Positions 49,301 through 63,294 of a stretch of DNA of 64,000 nucleotides are shown piece by piece (the first letter of the stretch is position 1; each line of letters starts with the position of its first letter). This DNA is from Laetmonice hystrix. Its lineage: Eukaryota. Where the stretch lies: NCBI GenBank assembly GCA_965235115.1, contig OZ249436.1, positions 9,300,001 to 9,364,000 on the forward strand, in the 5' to 3' direction. Under the pieces are notes generated by a model, which was not told where the DNA came from, did not search any database, and worked only from the letters and a program-made list of their open reading frames with translations. The translations under genes and the position numbers were made by a program.

Positions 49301-52300
49301 TTGGCTCTGGATGAACGGTGGTTGTCATGGAAATCTGTAACCAGGAAAGTGACACATACCAAATTTAAAAGAACGAACTTCCCGTATAATTCGACTCGGA
49401 TTTAAATCCACGTTCCCTACCAATTGAAAAGAGAGATCTTTTGACTGCAATTTATAAAACAGCATGACTGAAACCTCACCGAAAAAAAACGAAAAGGCTG
49501 GAGTTCACTAGTAGGCCTCAAGCTAGACTTGTTATTCAAGTTAAAAGGTGAATACAAAACATGTCAAGAACATTTACATGATTACTTTTTAAACAATCAT
49601 GCATGCGGCGTGTACAGTTTCCATAACACTCTCTGTTGCCTTTATTAAAACGCCTAATCAGAATCAGAAGGGAAATAGTGTCAGTAAAAATAATTGTTAA
49701 GAAACATAATAATCGATCAGTGTAGCATGTTGAGAGCTAATCATGCGGTTTGTTTAATAATAGTGCGCGGTTTGGAGGTGGCTCAAGTTGTTGCATGCTA
49801 TAAATCCAGGAGGCCTCCCAATAGCGTGGGAGAGTGACTATCCTGGGATTACATCACTGTAGCGAGTAACCGTTTAATTTCTACCGGACCTAATCAGAGG
49901 GGGCATTTCTCGAACAGCGAACCATTCTTACATTTATAAACGAAAAAAGGGACAAATCCTTTCATGAAATATTAATTTTACTTTCAACAACACAAGCTTG
50001 TGTTGCGTTGAGATTGTACAAGTTATCATGCCACTTAAGTCGATTTTTCAAGTATTTTAGAAGTTAGATACCTGATCGGAATCTGCTCATGTGAGAAGCT
50101 CGGACACAATATACCTTTTCTTCTTTTCATTCACAAAAAAATAAAGGGTGAAACGTCGTATTACTGAAAGTACAGTATCCCTTTTACACACAGCAACAAT
50201 ACAATAAACGATGGCATCTTTTGATATATCGAAATAGACAATATTATGTTACTACTTCATAATGCCTTAGGTAAAATACTCCAAGCGTAAGTAGCGGAGT
50301 TCTAGCTTTGACTATGTAGCCTGATACTAAGGGCAATTTCCAAATACTACTTATACGCCACACCTGTTTTAGACCACACTAGATTTACTTCAGGTAGAGT
50401 ATTCCAAGCTCGTCGCCGTGGGGTTCCATCATCATTCTTCTACCATGTAGCCTGGTACAAAGTGCCATTTCCAAATACTACTTATATATACGCCACACTA
50501 GGCTTGTACCATAGTTTTCGCTGCACGTAAAATTCACCAGGCTGGTCGCTGTGAGTTTACGTCTCTGATCATGTACCCTGATACTAACACTAATCTCCAT
50601 ATACTACTCATACTTCATATACTCAGTTTGAGCATCCATATACTACTCATACTTCATACTCAGTTTGAGCATCCATTTCGCAGGACCTTTGGATATCCCT
50701 TCCAGGCAATGTACGTCTCATAAAGTCATGCACCGGCTGACAGAAGAATTCAAAGAAAAGAGATATTTATTTTGTACAAAAACGGCAATGGTTCCTACTA
50801 GAGTTTTATCATTATACTCAGCCAGCCTTCACCAAATAAATAACCGTTCATATTAGCAATCAAGAGAGGCCCTTTCTGAACAGTGAGTTTAAATGGTCAT
50901 TTGTGTCAGTTCTTACGTTCAAGGAATTTGTTTTTTATGTTTAGGTATTTAATGCAGGAGTTCGTAGGAGTGTTCATCCTCCCTAATATGTATCTAATTG
51001 CCATGATCTGAACAAATAAAACATAATTTTTTTACACGGAATCCGCCTTATGTGCTCCAAAAAGCATTAATTTGAGATTTCCTCTGGGATCGCCATAAGG
51101 CCTAATCATCGCTGATCCCCCAACGTGTAAAACTTGTCCTCTTGAAGGTAAGTGTCACTTCATTGCTGTTTGACGGTCCAGCTGAGGCTTCAACGACAAC
51201 CTGCTCGTTCTAAATGCCTGGAAATGCTAATGACACCTCACTTAGATCGTTTAGCCAGGATGGCTGACAGGTAGTCCAGGATACAGGGCTTAGGTTGCTT
51301 CCAGTTAAGTACAGTTACCAGCGGGCAGTTTATTTTAGCTTCATCGAATTCGTTATGTACGAATTGCCCCACCAGATGAATTATTTTAATTTCTGGCTCA
51401 GTTTAAGAGGAGCTTTGATATGAGCAGATTTTTTTTCACTGATTAGTGCGGATTGCTAGCTGGTCCCCTACTTCCCATGGGAACATGTAAACATGCTGTC
51501 GTGGAAGCATTGCGAGCACACACATTGATTGGTGGTTTGAGGACAGGCCAGCCCTTGGCCCGGCTCCAAACTCGGCAACAACACACCCAAGTGTCTGATT
51601 TTCTCATCTGAACGAATTAATGTGGCAAGTCAAACTCCGACGCTCCAAGTATGACACAACAGCGCTGTTTATGCATGGCAATGAGCTCTCTTGATAGGTC
51701 TCGAAATAATATTAGCGCCGCCTGGTGTGTAGCATTGAAGCCACTGTAATGTCCCACACGACGGCAGCGCAGGGCCAGTCGAGGACACTGATAATGAGAA
51801 CTCATACTAGGACTTAACGTCAGGACGATGGGTAGCGACAGATTGAAGGCAGGGAGGAGTTGAAACATCTCAGTGGATGTCTCCTAGGTATTCTCTTGTT
51901 TGTCATACTGAAGGACGCGCCTACAGCGTTCCGCCTCCTCGGTCCACACGGATTCAAACCGAGGCCGTACACGGGCTGGCTTCCCCCTGACTGATAAGGG
52001 TTTCGATTATGACTGTTTGACGATTCCGCCGATACACAGACCGTCTTACAAAGAGACTGCTCCCCTTGCACGTCAAATATCGGCACCATCAATAACACAG
52101 TCGGAGGCGGCAATGTTGGGGACGGAGTGGATGATGCGACCCCGGAATCTATTGAATGGCCCGGCCTCAGGGCAGGGTCCCGGATCGACCACAACCTCCG
52201 TGCTCTCTCACTTTCGGCTCTGTCTTCTCCACACTGAAGAAGCCGGTATAGAAGGGAGGCCCAGATGTAGTTCACTGGCTGCACGAACACATGGCCCCAT

Positions 52301-52616
52301 TCGGCCAGGGTTTCTACAGGCGATTCCGTACATACGCGGTGTACGCTACCTGTTCGTGAACCGCGTGGAATCAACATACAGTGCAGTTATGTAAAGACAA
52401 ATCGAAAAATAACATCGGTATACGGCAAACAAAACGCAAACTGATCATTAGGATCTCCAGTTCATTGACCCGTAGGCCTACCAAGGGTAAAGGGCTAACG
52501 CAGACGACCAGTTGTGGCGCCCATATAGGCCGACCATCAGGTCGGGATATGAGACTGCCAGTAGGCCTAACGGTATATTATAGAGACTACGATCAGAAGA
52601 TGTTAGCTGAGGCGGA

Positions 52617-52730
52617 GTCACGTGCTGGGAATCTATCGTAGTACTATCGATGAGCTGTCGTAATGGTACGCGTCACGTGACATCCAAGGCAACAGGCGAC
52701 AGCGCAGTACATCGCTTATTATCACGTGAC
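52617..52730. promoter_or_regulatory. Triple extended E-box cluster
   Basis: GTCACGTG 52617-24, GTCACGTGAC 52672-81, ATCACGTGAC 52721-30. Motif presence only. Confidence 0.35.
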
Positions 52731-53074
52731 CTCCTTCTCTGATTCATCGGCGACCAACGAAAACGAGCCTTCTAAAGGCCCTTGGGCCTGGCGAGGGTTG
52801 CCCTTCAGAAATGTCTTCACTTAGAAAGGCATTAGGCACATTGTCAGCTTGTGGGGCTTTGCCTCCAGGAGCGCTCAATATGTCTGAATCACGCGCTGCC
52901 ACAGACTCCATAAAATATTCAAACCGCCCGGGTTTGGCATCAATATCTCCATTTTGCTGCGAGCACATCGCTCATCCATCTCCGGCGCTGCTAGGCCCGG
53001 CGACGGTCGCCCCAGCACGCTGCTACATCTCTCCGCCACCGCCCGTCTGCCTCTGCTTCTGATACAGACGGTCG

Positions 53075-53076
<2 letters not shown>

Positions 53077-53118
<42 letters not shown>
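53077..53118. repeat. (CAG)14 microsatellite
   Basis: Direct reading. Confidence 0.98.
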
Positions 53119-53120
<2 letters not shown>

Positions 53121-54115
53121 GAGACCGTCATCAGGGTGGCCACATGTCTGCTTGCCTGTTCGCCTACACACACGATGCTGGCCAGCATCCACCCCCGAGG
53201 AAAAAAACCCAACTGCCTTAAACGAGAAATGCGAGCCTAACGGTTAACGCATCTGCCCAAAGAGTGATTATGTGTCATTACAAAGCAACATAGGAGAACA
53301 CATTTCAGCTCTGCATTGGATGAACGATATCACTTCATATTGATAAAGCAGGCGCTCTGCCGGTACCTGTAATGTCGCTATCCTTATCAGCTTACAGTGG
53401 CGAGACCGTGTTTTCCTCGCCTTGAATTGCAAGATAAGGTTATATTTTTAGGATGAATGGTTTCAGTAGACTGATACGCCAGCGATGCCTGCATGGACTG
53501 GTGTCCCGTCAAACAAAATCTGGAAGATGCGTTTTGCTGTGTAACTCTCAAATTTAAGAAATACATCGAGAGAAATCCATGTTGGAGGGGCATACCGCAG
53601 TCAAGTGGTGGGTTTTACTGTCGTATATGATTTAGATAGACATAATATTGGCTACCCGGGTGTAAAAAGAAAATAAAAAAAATGTGAGATAATATTTATT
53701 AAACAAAAGTTTGAAGAAATCTAAGCAGTCGCGTTACGTGATTTATTTGGATTATTTCACGAGTGAGAATGGATAGCAGGAAATACGACTGATGTAAATT
53801 GGTTCAGGTCACAACATAAATCTATATTATACCCACAAGAGAACCCCCCTCCCAGCCAAGATCATATTGAAACCTGAGTTTTAAATTTTGAAAAACACTT
53901 AAAAATGTGGAGTTAAAGTCAACGATACTATATCTATTCACACGGCCAGCGTATATTATATTATATTATATTATGTTATATATTATATATAAACGACAGA
54001 GGACACAGAAATGACCCAGGCACCCTTGCCGACGAACCAATCGTCTTTCATTCTATGGCTGTCCCTTCATGCCCTGCTCTGTCCATCACCCCCTGTCCAC
54101 TACCCTTGTCATCCA

Positions 54116-54636
54116 CCCCTGCCCCTTCCTCCGCCCTGCCCCGCCTACATCCCTGCCCCTTCCTCCACCTCTGCCCCGCCTACATCCCTGCCCCTTCCTC
54201 CGCCCTGCCCCGCCTACACCCCTGCCCCTTCCCCCGCCCTGCCCCGCCTACATCCCTGCCCCTTCCTCCACCTCTGCCCCTTCCACATCACTGCCCCGTC
54301 CTCCGCCCTGCCCCGCCTACACCCCTGCCCCTTCCTCCGCCCTGCCCCGCCTACATCCCTGCCCCTTCCCCCGCCCTGCCCCGCCTACATCCCTGCCCCT
54401 TCCTTCACCTCTGCCCCTTCCACATCCCTGCCCCGTCCTCCGCCCTGCCCCGCCTACATCCCTGCCCCTTCCCCCGCCCTGCCCTGCCTACATCCCTGCC
54501 CTTTTCTCCACCCCTGCCCCTTCCTCCACCTCTGCCCCTTCCACATCCCTGCCCCTTCCTCCACCCTGCCCCGCCTACATCCCTGCCCCTTCCTCCACCT
54601 CTGCCCCTTCCTCCGCCCTGCCCCGTCCTCCACCCC
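54116..54636. repeat. C-rich modular minisatellite of ~17-bp subunits
   Basis: Alternating CCCTGCCCCTTCCTCC(G/A) and CCCTGCCCCGCCTACA(T/C); source of the Pro-rich ORFs at 54011-54840. Confidence 0.95.
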
Positions 54637-57600
54637 GTTTGTAGTAGGCTCAAAGGAAGGCCAGTTTCTTCCAGCCCACCGTATCCCGCTGTAAAGCCTC
54701 AGACAATGTTGCATGTCATTGCTGTCGTTGCTGTGGTGGTCAATACGTCGGTCAAATCGAGCGGGTTGGTGGTTGGTGACGTTACTTGGCCGGAGTCATG
54801 CACAGAAACGATCCCCGCCTTACATGAGGGACATCATTAGGACTACAACGGCTGCTGGCACACCCACCCACCCATCCCACCTCACCCACCCGGCCGGCCG
54901 GACCCCTCCACCCCCCGTGCCGAGTCCACCACCACCACCACCACCACTCCTAATTCCACTCTGCCATCCATGGCAACCATGAACCGCACTCGACATTCCG
55001 GCCTTGGATCACACGCATCAGGTTTAAGTATGGATATTTAAATAATATATAAATATAATATTTATAAAAAGGCACTGCATATTGAAATAGCTCCAGGCAT
55101 TTAAGTAGGTCTAGTTTAGATGTGAGACATCCGGTCGATGACCGGAAGAAGTCCATAAAAATGCCAAGCGACAATTGAAAAGATATCTCTATATGTTTAC
55201 ATCAGTGAGGTGGGCGGGAGTGTCCATTGATGGCGTAAACTGAACGCATCCTATGTTCGGTGTATATATGACAAGAGTGGTGAGAAGTAATCACTGGCTA
55301 GGTGTGTGGTTAGCGGTGTTACCGGCGCACAGCACGACCGTGTAGTATCAACTGTCGCCGAGAGGTGGCGTGAGAGATGGGTTGTTTTCGGGTGTCAACC
55401 GACGCCGTCACAGGAATTCGAGTCACGTATATGTGCCCCCGTGTGCCAGAGCCTTGCCATCCCTCTTGTAGAAAGGTTTATAAAATTTGGAAAAGTAGCC
55501 AGGGATAAATAGATAGAAGTGGATCTGTGCCCATTTAGGTGTATACCTTAAATGAGATCCATAAACAACAAATAAAATGATATAAGTTATTTACATCGTT
55601 TATGATCATTTAAGTTGTACATGGGTTTATTCCTTTCAGCGTAAACTCTGACAAACAACTAGATCAATCAATTTAGATGAATTTAGAATTTAGAACACGA
55701 TAATCGGAATGTTGATTTGACCTGTTGAGTTGGTGAACAAATATGTCGAATTTGAAACAGGTTTGGCTTTTGTCTTGTTTGTATTGGAGCATGCAGAGAA
55801 CCTTTTTGATGAAGTAAATCATTATTAAACTGAACATGCAGCCTCTCAATATAACCATTTTAAAACGAAATCCCGAATTTTGCAATGAATAAGAGTTAAC
55901 TTCTGCCGCCGATATTAAATACACATTACGCCAAAGACACGTCATATTTGACTGACACAAAACAGCTGCAAACTTCTGGTGATATTGATTCTACATGAGA
56001 GTTCAGAAGACCGGGAAGTAGACATTACGTGGAGGGAAGGGTGACGGTTGGTGGCCGATAACCCCGACTGAAATCGGACGACGCTTCGACTATAAACACG
56101 CAACATTGACAGTGCACTGGTACAGTGGACGTCCGTTAAAACGCACTGACGCCTCTGGAAAATGGCACAGCAGAAACTAGCTAGGTTCTACAACCAAATG
56201 CTACATCACGCTATCATTCAATTTGGCGGGGCGGATGCAGCTCTTTTAGAAGGCCCCCACCGCACACAGACTGTATGAGGTGGGCCTCTAACAGAGGAGA
56301 CTGTAGGTAGTTATCATTGTGAGCTGAGGCCATTTTACATTTGTGCTGTGGTAGGGAACATGAATTGTCATTTGTAGCACTCATATTTATGAATTTATGT
56401 ATACGTTTACTCTGTTTGCTTCCCGCAAACCTGACAAGACGAAAATGATAAAATTCAGATTATGAACAAAGTCAGAACAGTGGCCCCATACTAGCACTCG
56501 GTAGGTGGGACCGTTTATAGAAGAAGTAAGATTCGGTCCGTCTCAACCTTGGGACCTCTTTGAGACCTAGTTAATTCCAACATATTCAAAAGCATGATGG
56601 ATACAATCAAAACATCAGTTGCGTTTTAGGAATCAGACATTGTTAGTTGAAATCAGTGACGATATACCCAATGTCATCTGTCGCCAGTCTTCATGGTAAT
56701 CTTCCTGATAGGAGGTAGCTTGCCAACGAAACGTGTAATTAGGTCAAGGTGACCCTCTTTTCTTTGAACCCAATCGAAACGACTTCTTACATTATGGAGC
56801 AATTCCTGTTTGGCCGGAGAAACTTCTACGGCAGTTGTGATTGGCTGAAACCAATGCGTGATACACCAGTGCCTCCGAATGGTAAACACAAACGGTGGAA
56901 ATGGCGACAGTATGCCAGGTTGTAACGGGTTTGCTGTGTGTGCCCGGATGTAACCGTTCTCATGGTAATCTTTGCAGGAGAGTGTGGCACATTTGTGAGT
57001 GAGAACATGTACACATGTGTCATTGAACTGCTCATAGACTAATCGGGTCCGGGTGATGTGGTTTCTATCTCATAAATCACGTTTAGTGTTTGGGATCAAG
57101 GCCTACTTGGCAATTGCACGCCACTCAACGTCAATTACCTCAGAAATAGACAGCTGAAGGATGTTTGAGAATCTAATTCCTTTATCAAATACTATTAAAG
57201 CAACCCACCCTCTGTACGTAGAAGTTTACATCAATAGTGATTTCCGTCGTCGCCAGAGGCGGCGCTCCTATCGATTTGTTCCCACCACGGCGTGTCAAAA
57301 TGTACATGTTTATGGGGACAGTTTGTGAAACATGGCGGCGGTCTCCAGACCACTGCCGCGTCCTGTCGGCATTGTGGCTACGGTGTAGCACTCCGAGGAC
57401 GCGTCTAACATAGGCATACATACATACATAACCAATCAGTTAGCGATAAGGATAGATCCATCGGATCCGACGAAAACATCAAAGCAGCCAGCCGAGGGAT
57501 TGCATCCAAATGTCCCTTCGCAGCTAAGTAAACGGCTCTGACGGCCTGCCATAGAAAACTACCGGCAGGCCCCTGTCCGCATATAGAGCGCTGAGGACAT

Positions 57601-59442
57601 GGCCAAGACAGCTGGTTATCGCGACCGTTTGATGTGGCGCCTCTGTAGCAATTTGTGCTGTTTGTACGCCGAGTGTTTGGAGAACACAGGAGAAGATATG
57701 GTCGAAAATGTGCCCCGGGTGTTGTGTAACAATTAGCAAACAAACACGTGTACTACTTCAATATTGATCCAGGTCTTGTTTGGTGAAGAAACCAGGAGTG
57801 ACTGACTCTCGGATGTGCAGATCGACAGAACGAGTGTTATCCTTCAGGTGGAGAATGGAAGATAAAATTATACAGCGGAAACCAACGCCCATCCCGCAAT
57901 ATATGAGTCAGAGTCTCGAGCTTAGAAAATAACCATTCTTTTGGTATCCTTAGCTACCCGACACAAATATTTGGAGACTTTGTTCAGTAGGATTGAAAAA
58001 AAGCAAATCCTCCACTTTAAAATGTGAAATTGCTTGCAGACTTATGATTTAACACTGGTTTATACTTGCATCAGGCATATTAAACCGACTATATTCCGCC
58101 GTTTTATCAAACAAAGGAGGAAGGCATGTGCTAGAGACAAAGTAGGCTCAGACGAAATAAGGGCGTCTGTAGACACGTAATGTGCAATAAATCATTGCAT
58201 AAAACATCCAAATATTAACCAAATTCCTAAACTTAATCAATTTCAGAGTTTATGTTGTATCGTGTGCACCAAACATCTCGAGCATGATAGTGAACATTGC
58301 CTTTGCCAGCGACGTTTATCCTCGCCAGCAGTGTAAGCCTATATTATCTACCGGTCGCATCCCCAATATATCACCTCAATTCATGAACTTTGTGACCCGA
58401 GCCCCTCTGACATCTATAATAAATTATTTCCACTGCGCCCTTCACAAGCCGACTGAATACGCCACAAGACAAATGTGCCACGGATTCCTCCTCCGCTCTG
58501 CTTGGCCGGAAGTGCAGGTCGACTACTTAGCCGATGTCAGATGTTATCTGAATTCTTTTGTTCGGGCAATTTGTCTATGTAGCCTCACTTCCTATAGTTT
58601 GCTTCACATCTAAGACACGACCGTGGTGGTGTGGGGTTTGGCCCATTCTGATGGAATCGATTGACACTCACGACAGACGGGTCGTGGTTCGATTAGTGTG
58701 CCCTGTTCTCCTATCTTACATTATTAAAGGAAAGGTTACACACGATAATGTACAGAAAAAAGTGTTTTGTCAATTTCTTCTATCTCTTTTATGACCATAT
58801 GGTTGTTGGCCAGCATATCACAGATAAGATATTCATCTCATACCTTAGATTAGGTATCTCATCGTTTTCCTTTGACTAATAACCAAAATAAAAACGAATC
58901 AAACCAGGTAAAAGAAGATCGTTTTTTACAATTCAATGAAAAATGGCCGATTTTGCCCGCAATTTTGCAAATAAATTTACTCAAAATGAAGTAATTAGTG
59001 GCGGCATTCTAAAGTTAAGAAATACAAGTACAAAAGTGTTTTAAAATTACCGATTCCAGAACTTTTTGCTGGTTTGCTTTCACTTTAAGGTATAGTAAAG
59101 AGCTGCTGTGAATTAGTTTTATTGAACGGTCACCACAATGATTGCTCTACTCCCATTAATAAGGGTCACATTTAATAAAAACAGCATGTTGTTCGCTATT
59201 TTCTTACTATATTGCTTATATTATAATCATGATATGCCCATTGTTTTTTACAAATTGACGAATTGACAGCGAGCTCTTAACACTTGTTCATATAGGCAGA
59301 CTAGAACATTAGTAATTTAAGCGTCAAAATATACCTAAAGAACAATTGATTTTTTTTTTTTTTGAAAACTATACATTCTACATCTTTGGGAATTTTTAGG
59401 TCCAAACAAAAGACACTCACTCCTGGATAACATAGCCGAGTA

Positions 59443-59700
59443 TCTGAACACACGTACGTTCATGACATCTGAACACACACACACGTACGATCATGACATC
59501 TGAACACACACACGTACGTTCATGACATCTGAACACACACACGTACGTTCATGACATCTGAACACACACACGTACGTTCATGACATCTGAACACACACAC
59601 GTACGTTCATGACATCTGAACACACACACGTACGTTCATGACATCTGAACACACACACGTACGTTCATGACAACTGAACACACACACGTACGTTCATGAC
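59443..59700. repeat. Minisatellite, ~25-29-bp unit with variable internal (CA)n, ~9 copies
   Basis: Unit TCTGAA(CA)nCGTACGTTCATGACA. Confidence 0.96.
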
Positions 59701-60212
59701 CGGCCCCGATCCTGACCGTGACATTGACCCCTGGCGGACATTGATCGACCTCCATGCCCTCGTTTATTTCTATGCATTCCTCGGCAGCCGACTCGGCCCA
59801 GCCGCAATCGAGTCATGGCTATATCCCTTTTCTTCCCAATTCCCCCCGAACACCCGACATTTGATGCCTTCCCACCGCTATAATTTGATAAGGAACCGCC
59901 GAAACATTACATTGATGTATTGCACGAGAGATGTAATTGCTTATCACGAGATCCACATTTAGTCTTATCATAGCATCTACATTTGGCCTTCTCGTGGGAT
60001 GGCTGCAATCAGTGCCGAACGTAGTCATATGTGAGCATCGTGACAATTTACTAGAAATGTGCAACGAGAGATTGTGCTAAATCTTGTACTTGCTGCTGAC
60101 AAAGCCAAGTTTTGGGAAGCCTCTGTGTCTTTCTTTCTTAAAAACGAATAAATAAAAAATAATAAATAAATAAATAAATAAGACACAAAATAAAGAAATA
60201 AAAATGATTAAA

Positions 60213-60229
60213 AAATAATAATAATAATA

Positions 60230-60295
<66 letters not shown>

Positions 60296-60299
60296 TAAT
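60213..60299. repeat. (AAT)n microsatellite
   Basis: Direct reading. Confidence 0.97.
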
Positions 60300-61566
60300 G
60301 CTGTAGGTGCATGAGCTTTGCGTGGATTGCTATGGTAGAAGCCGGTAGGATAGGATATCGTCAGTTTTACATAAACGCTCAGCCTGCTGGCTGTTCACTC
60401 TGACTATTGTGCGCGCTGATCACTATTATTCATCGTTGTTTACAGCTAAAGGCCGCGCCTCCCTGAGAAATTCATAGTGACACGACAGGCCAGGTTACCA
60501 GGCGACCCGGCGTTTTCATGTAAATTAATGAGAAGGACGAAGGCTCATCCGACGATCCGTCCCCCAAAGCATTTTTCACCTCCATTTTGCCACATTTGCT
60601 TGGCGCAAGGTCAGGCTTTGGTCATTTTCCCGGCAGCTCTTCTAAATTACCTCAGCTGGGACCTAATCTTTCTCCTGTGGAGAGCCGAATATCTCTAGAG
60701 CTGCAGTGTCGAGACCAGTACAGGCATGCGCACTACACTACTAGCGAGTCAAGTACATATTGTGTGCGCCAATATATGGGCCCGGCTGCTGCCGGTAAGC
60801 CCTGAGCATCCACACCGGAAGTAGAATTTAATTGGAGAATATGCGCGGAGAGCGTCTGTTGGGAGGGCGGCAGTGCCGGTGAGAACCTATGGCTGGAGTC
60901 GGGACAAACCGAGTACGGTATTCTTCGACTACACCATCCACAGTAGTGTCAGCTTCTCTATGCTGCTACTGCTACTACTGCTGCTGCTGCTGCTGGCTCA
61001 GGCTGGAGGCCGGCGCAGCATTCGTGTGTCGCTGTAATCATGACCGGAATGAGCGAATTAACGCCGGCGACAGGCGACATTGTGCCACCCACAATGTCCT
61101 CACGGCGATCCGCCCGTGTGAGCAGAGAAAAACGCCGAGGCGGCCCGCGCTCCACGCCGAGGTGTGCAACCCTCACCGTCGTCTCATCAACTGACAACGT
61201 CGACAACATTACACACTGCCGCTTTCACCTGAATGGATTTATATAAACCTTGTTATCGCTTTATTCCCTCGCTCACTCGAGAGTAAACAAATTGTATTTA
61301 ACATCTGTCAAAGCACAAGGAGCAGGCGACCGAGGGCCCCGATGGCGGTTTAAATGACTTTTCCCTGACCTCCTGTGCAAGTCGTAAATGGCGGAAACTC
61401 GTTTTCCATATAGTTGCCAGGCAACCGGTAAACCGGCCATATTGTGTGTTAGTATAATAGAACTAGCATTACTTTCGATGACATTCACGTAAATGGGAGA
61501 ACGGATTTGAAAGGGGCAAATAATGGCGAAGGACCGTGTTATATGTGTGAATTCCTGGAACCGGGA

Positions 61567-61822
61567 GTATGTTTGGGAGGATAGGAAAGGCACTGTGCAC
61601 ACGTATGTTTGGGATAGGAAAGGCACTGTGCACACGTATGTTTGGGATAGGAAAGGCACTGTGCACACGTATGTTTGGGATAGGAAAGGCACTGTGAACA
61701 CGTATGTTTGGGATAGGAAAGGCACTGTGCACACGTATGTTTGGGATAGGAAAGGCACTGTGCACACGTATGTTTGGGATAGGAAAGGCACTGTGCACAC
61801 GTATGTTTGGGATAGGAAAGGC
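61567..61822. repeat. Minisatellite, 33-bp unit, ~8 copies
   Basis: Unit GTATGTTTGGGATAGGAAAGGCACTGTGCACAC; source of the ORFs at 61273-62009. Confidence 0.97.
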
Positions 61823-62649
61823 CATGAAATTCATGGTATTGCCACTGTATATATCCCATAGGGCCCGTAACCTGCTAGCAAATATAGCAAAGAAACAGGT
61901 CAATTCTGCTTCCTGCATCAAGTTGTCGACACCTATAGCAAGCTTTGGTCTACTGCGCTTAATGCAACAACCTTCAGGTTATTCACCATATAGGGAAGTC
62001 CTCATGTAGGCCAGTAACAGGTTGGCACTTCAGATTTGGATGTTATCCAGGATAACAGCAGTTAGCTAGGGTATGCTGTCGCTTGCCCTTCTTTACTCCC
62101 GACCCGCATCCCCCTTCTCATTCATCGATCATTTGTGACACAGTCGTTCGCTGGCTTCGCTTTGCCTACATAATACTCAGTGCCTCCCAGCCAGCAAATC
62201 GACGGTGAAATAACGCTAGTATCGTTTGCCAAGTTGGACAGCATGTCGCCCCGATTAAGCTGGTTATTTGTGGCGACTCCGGGCAGGCACCTCGCTACGC
62301 TATAATGATAGCGTTGGTACTGATGAATTCACAGCATGAGGAGCGGTGAGAGGCTGCTCGACCCGGAACCTCCCCCAGCCTCCCCTCCCCCGCCCCCCGG
62401 ACCGGATGTCCACCTTGATACCATATAGCAGGAGCTAGCGGCCGTGATTAATGAAGGCACGTCTCGGGTCCCGCCGACCGACAGGCCCTCCCTGACACCG
62501 CCTCCCGTCCAGCCTGGCCCGGCCACGTCCGTGTTGGTCGGGTGACTCCTACTCGATGGTCGCCGTGTGTGAAATGTAAAATAATACAGTCGGGAGGTTT
62601 GCAGGACGGGCGGGCGGGCCTGGGTCACGACTTGAGGAACCGCTGGGTG

Positions 62650-62733
62650 GCCGGCCGGTCGGCCAGTCGGTCGGCCGGTCGGTCGGTCGGTCGGCCGGTC
62701 GGTCGGTCGGTCGGTCGGTCGGTCGGTCGGTCG
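62650..62733. repeat. (GGTC)n tetranucleotide repeat with GGCC interruptions
   Basis: Direct reading. Confidence 0.95.
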
Positions 62734-63293
62734 ACAGCATAATGATCTGGTTGTCCATGCACGCCTCTTTGAGAATCTACACGCTGAACCTACCAGGAAA
62801 TAGGATTCTATTGATGCTAAATTCAGCTCCCTTGGCTTCCTTGTAACAATAGGCATAGGCTCCTATAGGCCTACTCAACCGGACCGATGTCCGCGTTAAG
62901 AAAGCCGGGTGGGCGGGTGGGTGATGGAGGGAGGAGCGTACAACCAGGCAGCCACCGGCGGCACACACCGTCCCGTCCTTCTCATCTACGCCCACACAAG
63001 CTACGTATAGCCTCACTTTGGGATTCACACCGCAGTCTTGGGGCAAGATCCGAATGCAGTGGGGGTGATTATATCCGGATCGGAGGGGAGCACCGTCGTC
63101 ACTGCCGCCGGCCGCTCCGACACGACACCCCGGCCGGCCGAGGATAGCCTGCCCTGACGACGACCGGTATTCAAAGTGGCAGCCCGGCGACAACCCACCG
63201 TCCCTGGACATTTTCCCCAGCATCGTTATAGGAATTCGTTTAGAAATATCAGAGAACCGGCACGCCAGCCGGCATCTTGCGCTGTGTTCGGCC

Positions 63294-63294
<1 letters not shown>

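Noticed and set aside
52991-53212. ORF start GFFPRGWML..VG resembling the stargazin N-terminus MGLFDRGVQML
   Set aside because: Begins with TTG not ATG, runs into poly-Ala, and lacks TM1-DYW-GLW; chance similarity.
54011-54840. Proline-rich extensin-like ORFs
   Set aside because: Translation of the C-rich minisatellite in all three frames.
58724-59088. Possible second Kolobok-like element between TTAAAG and CTTTAA
   Set aside because: Inverted match beyond the TTAA-AG core is too weak.
61273-62009. Repetitive ORFs around the 33-bp array (likewise 4393-4707 and 36831-37216)
   Set aside because: Repeat-driven ORFs.
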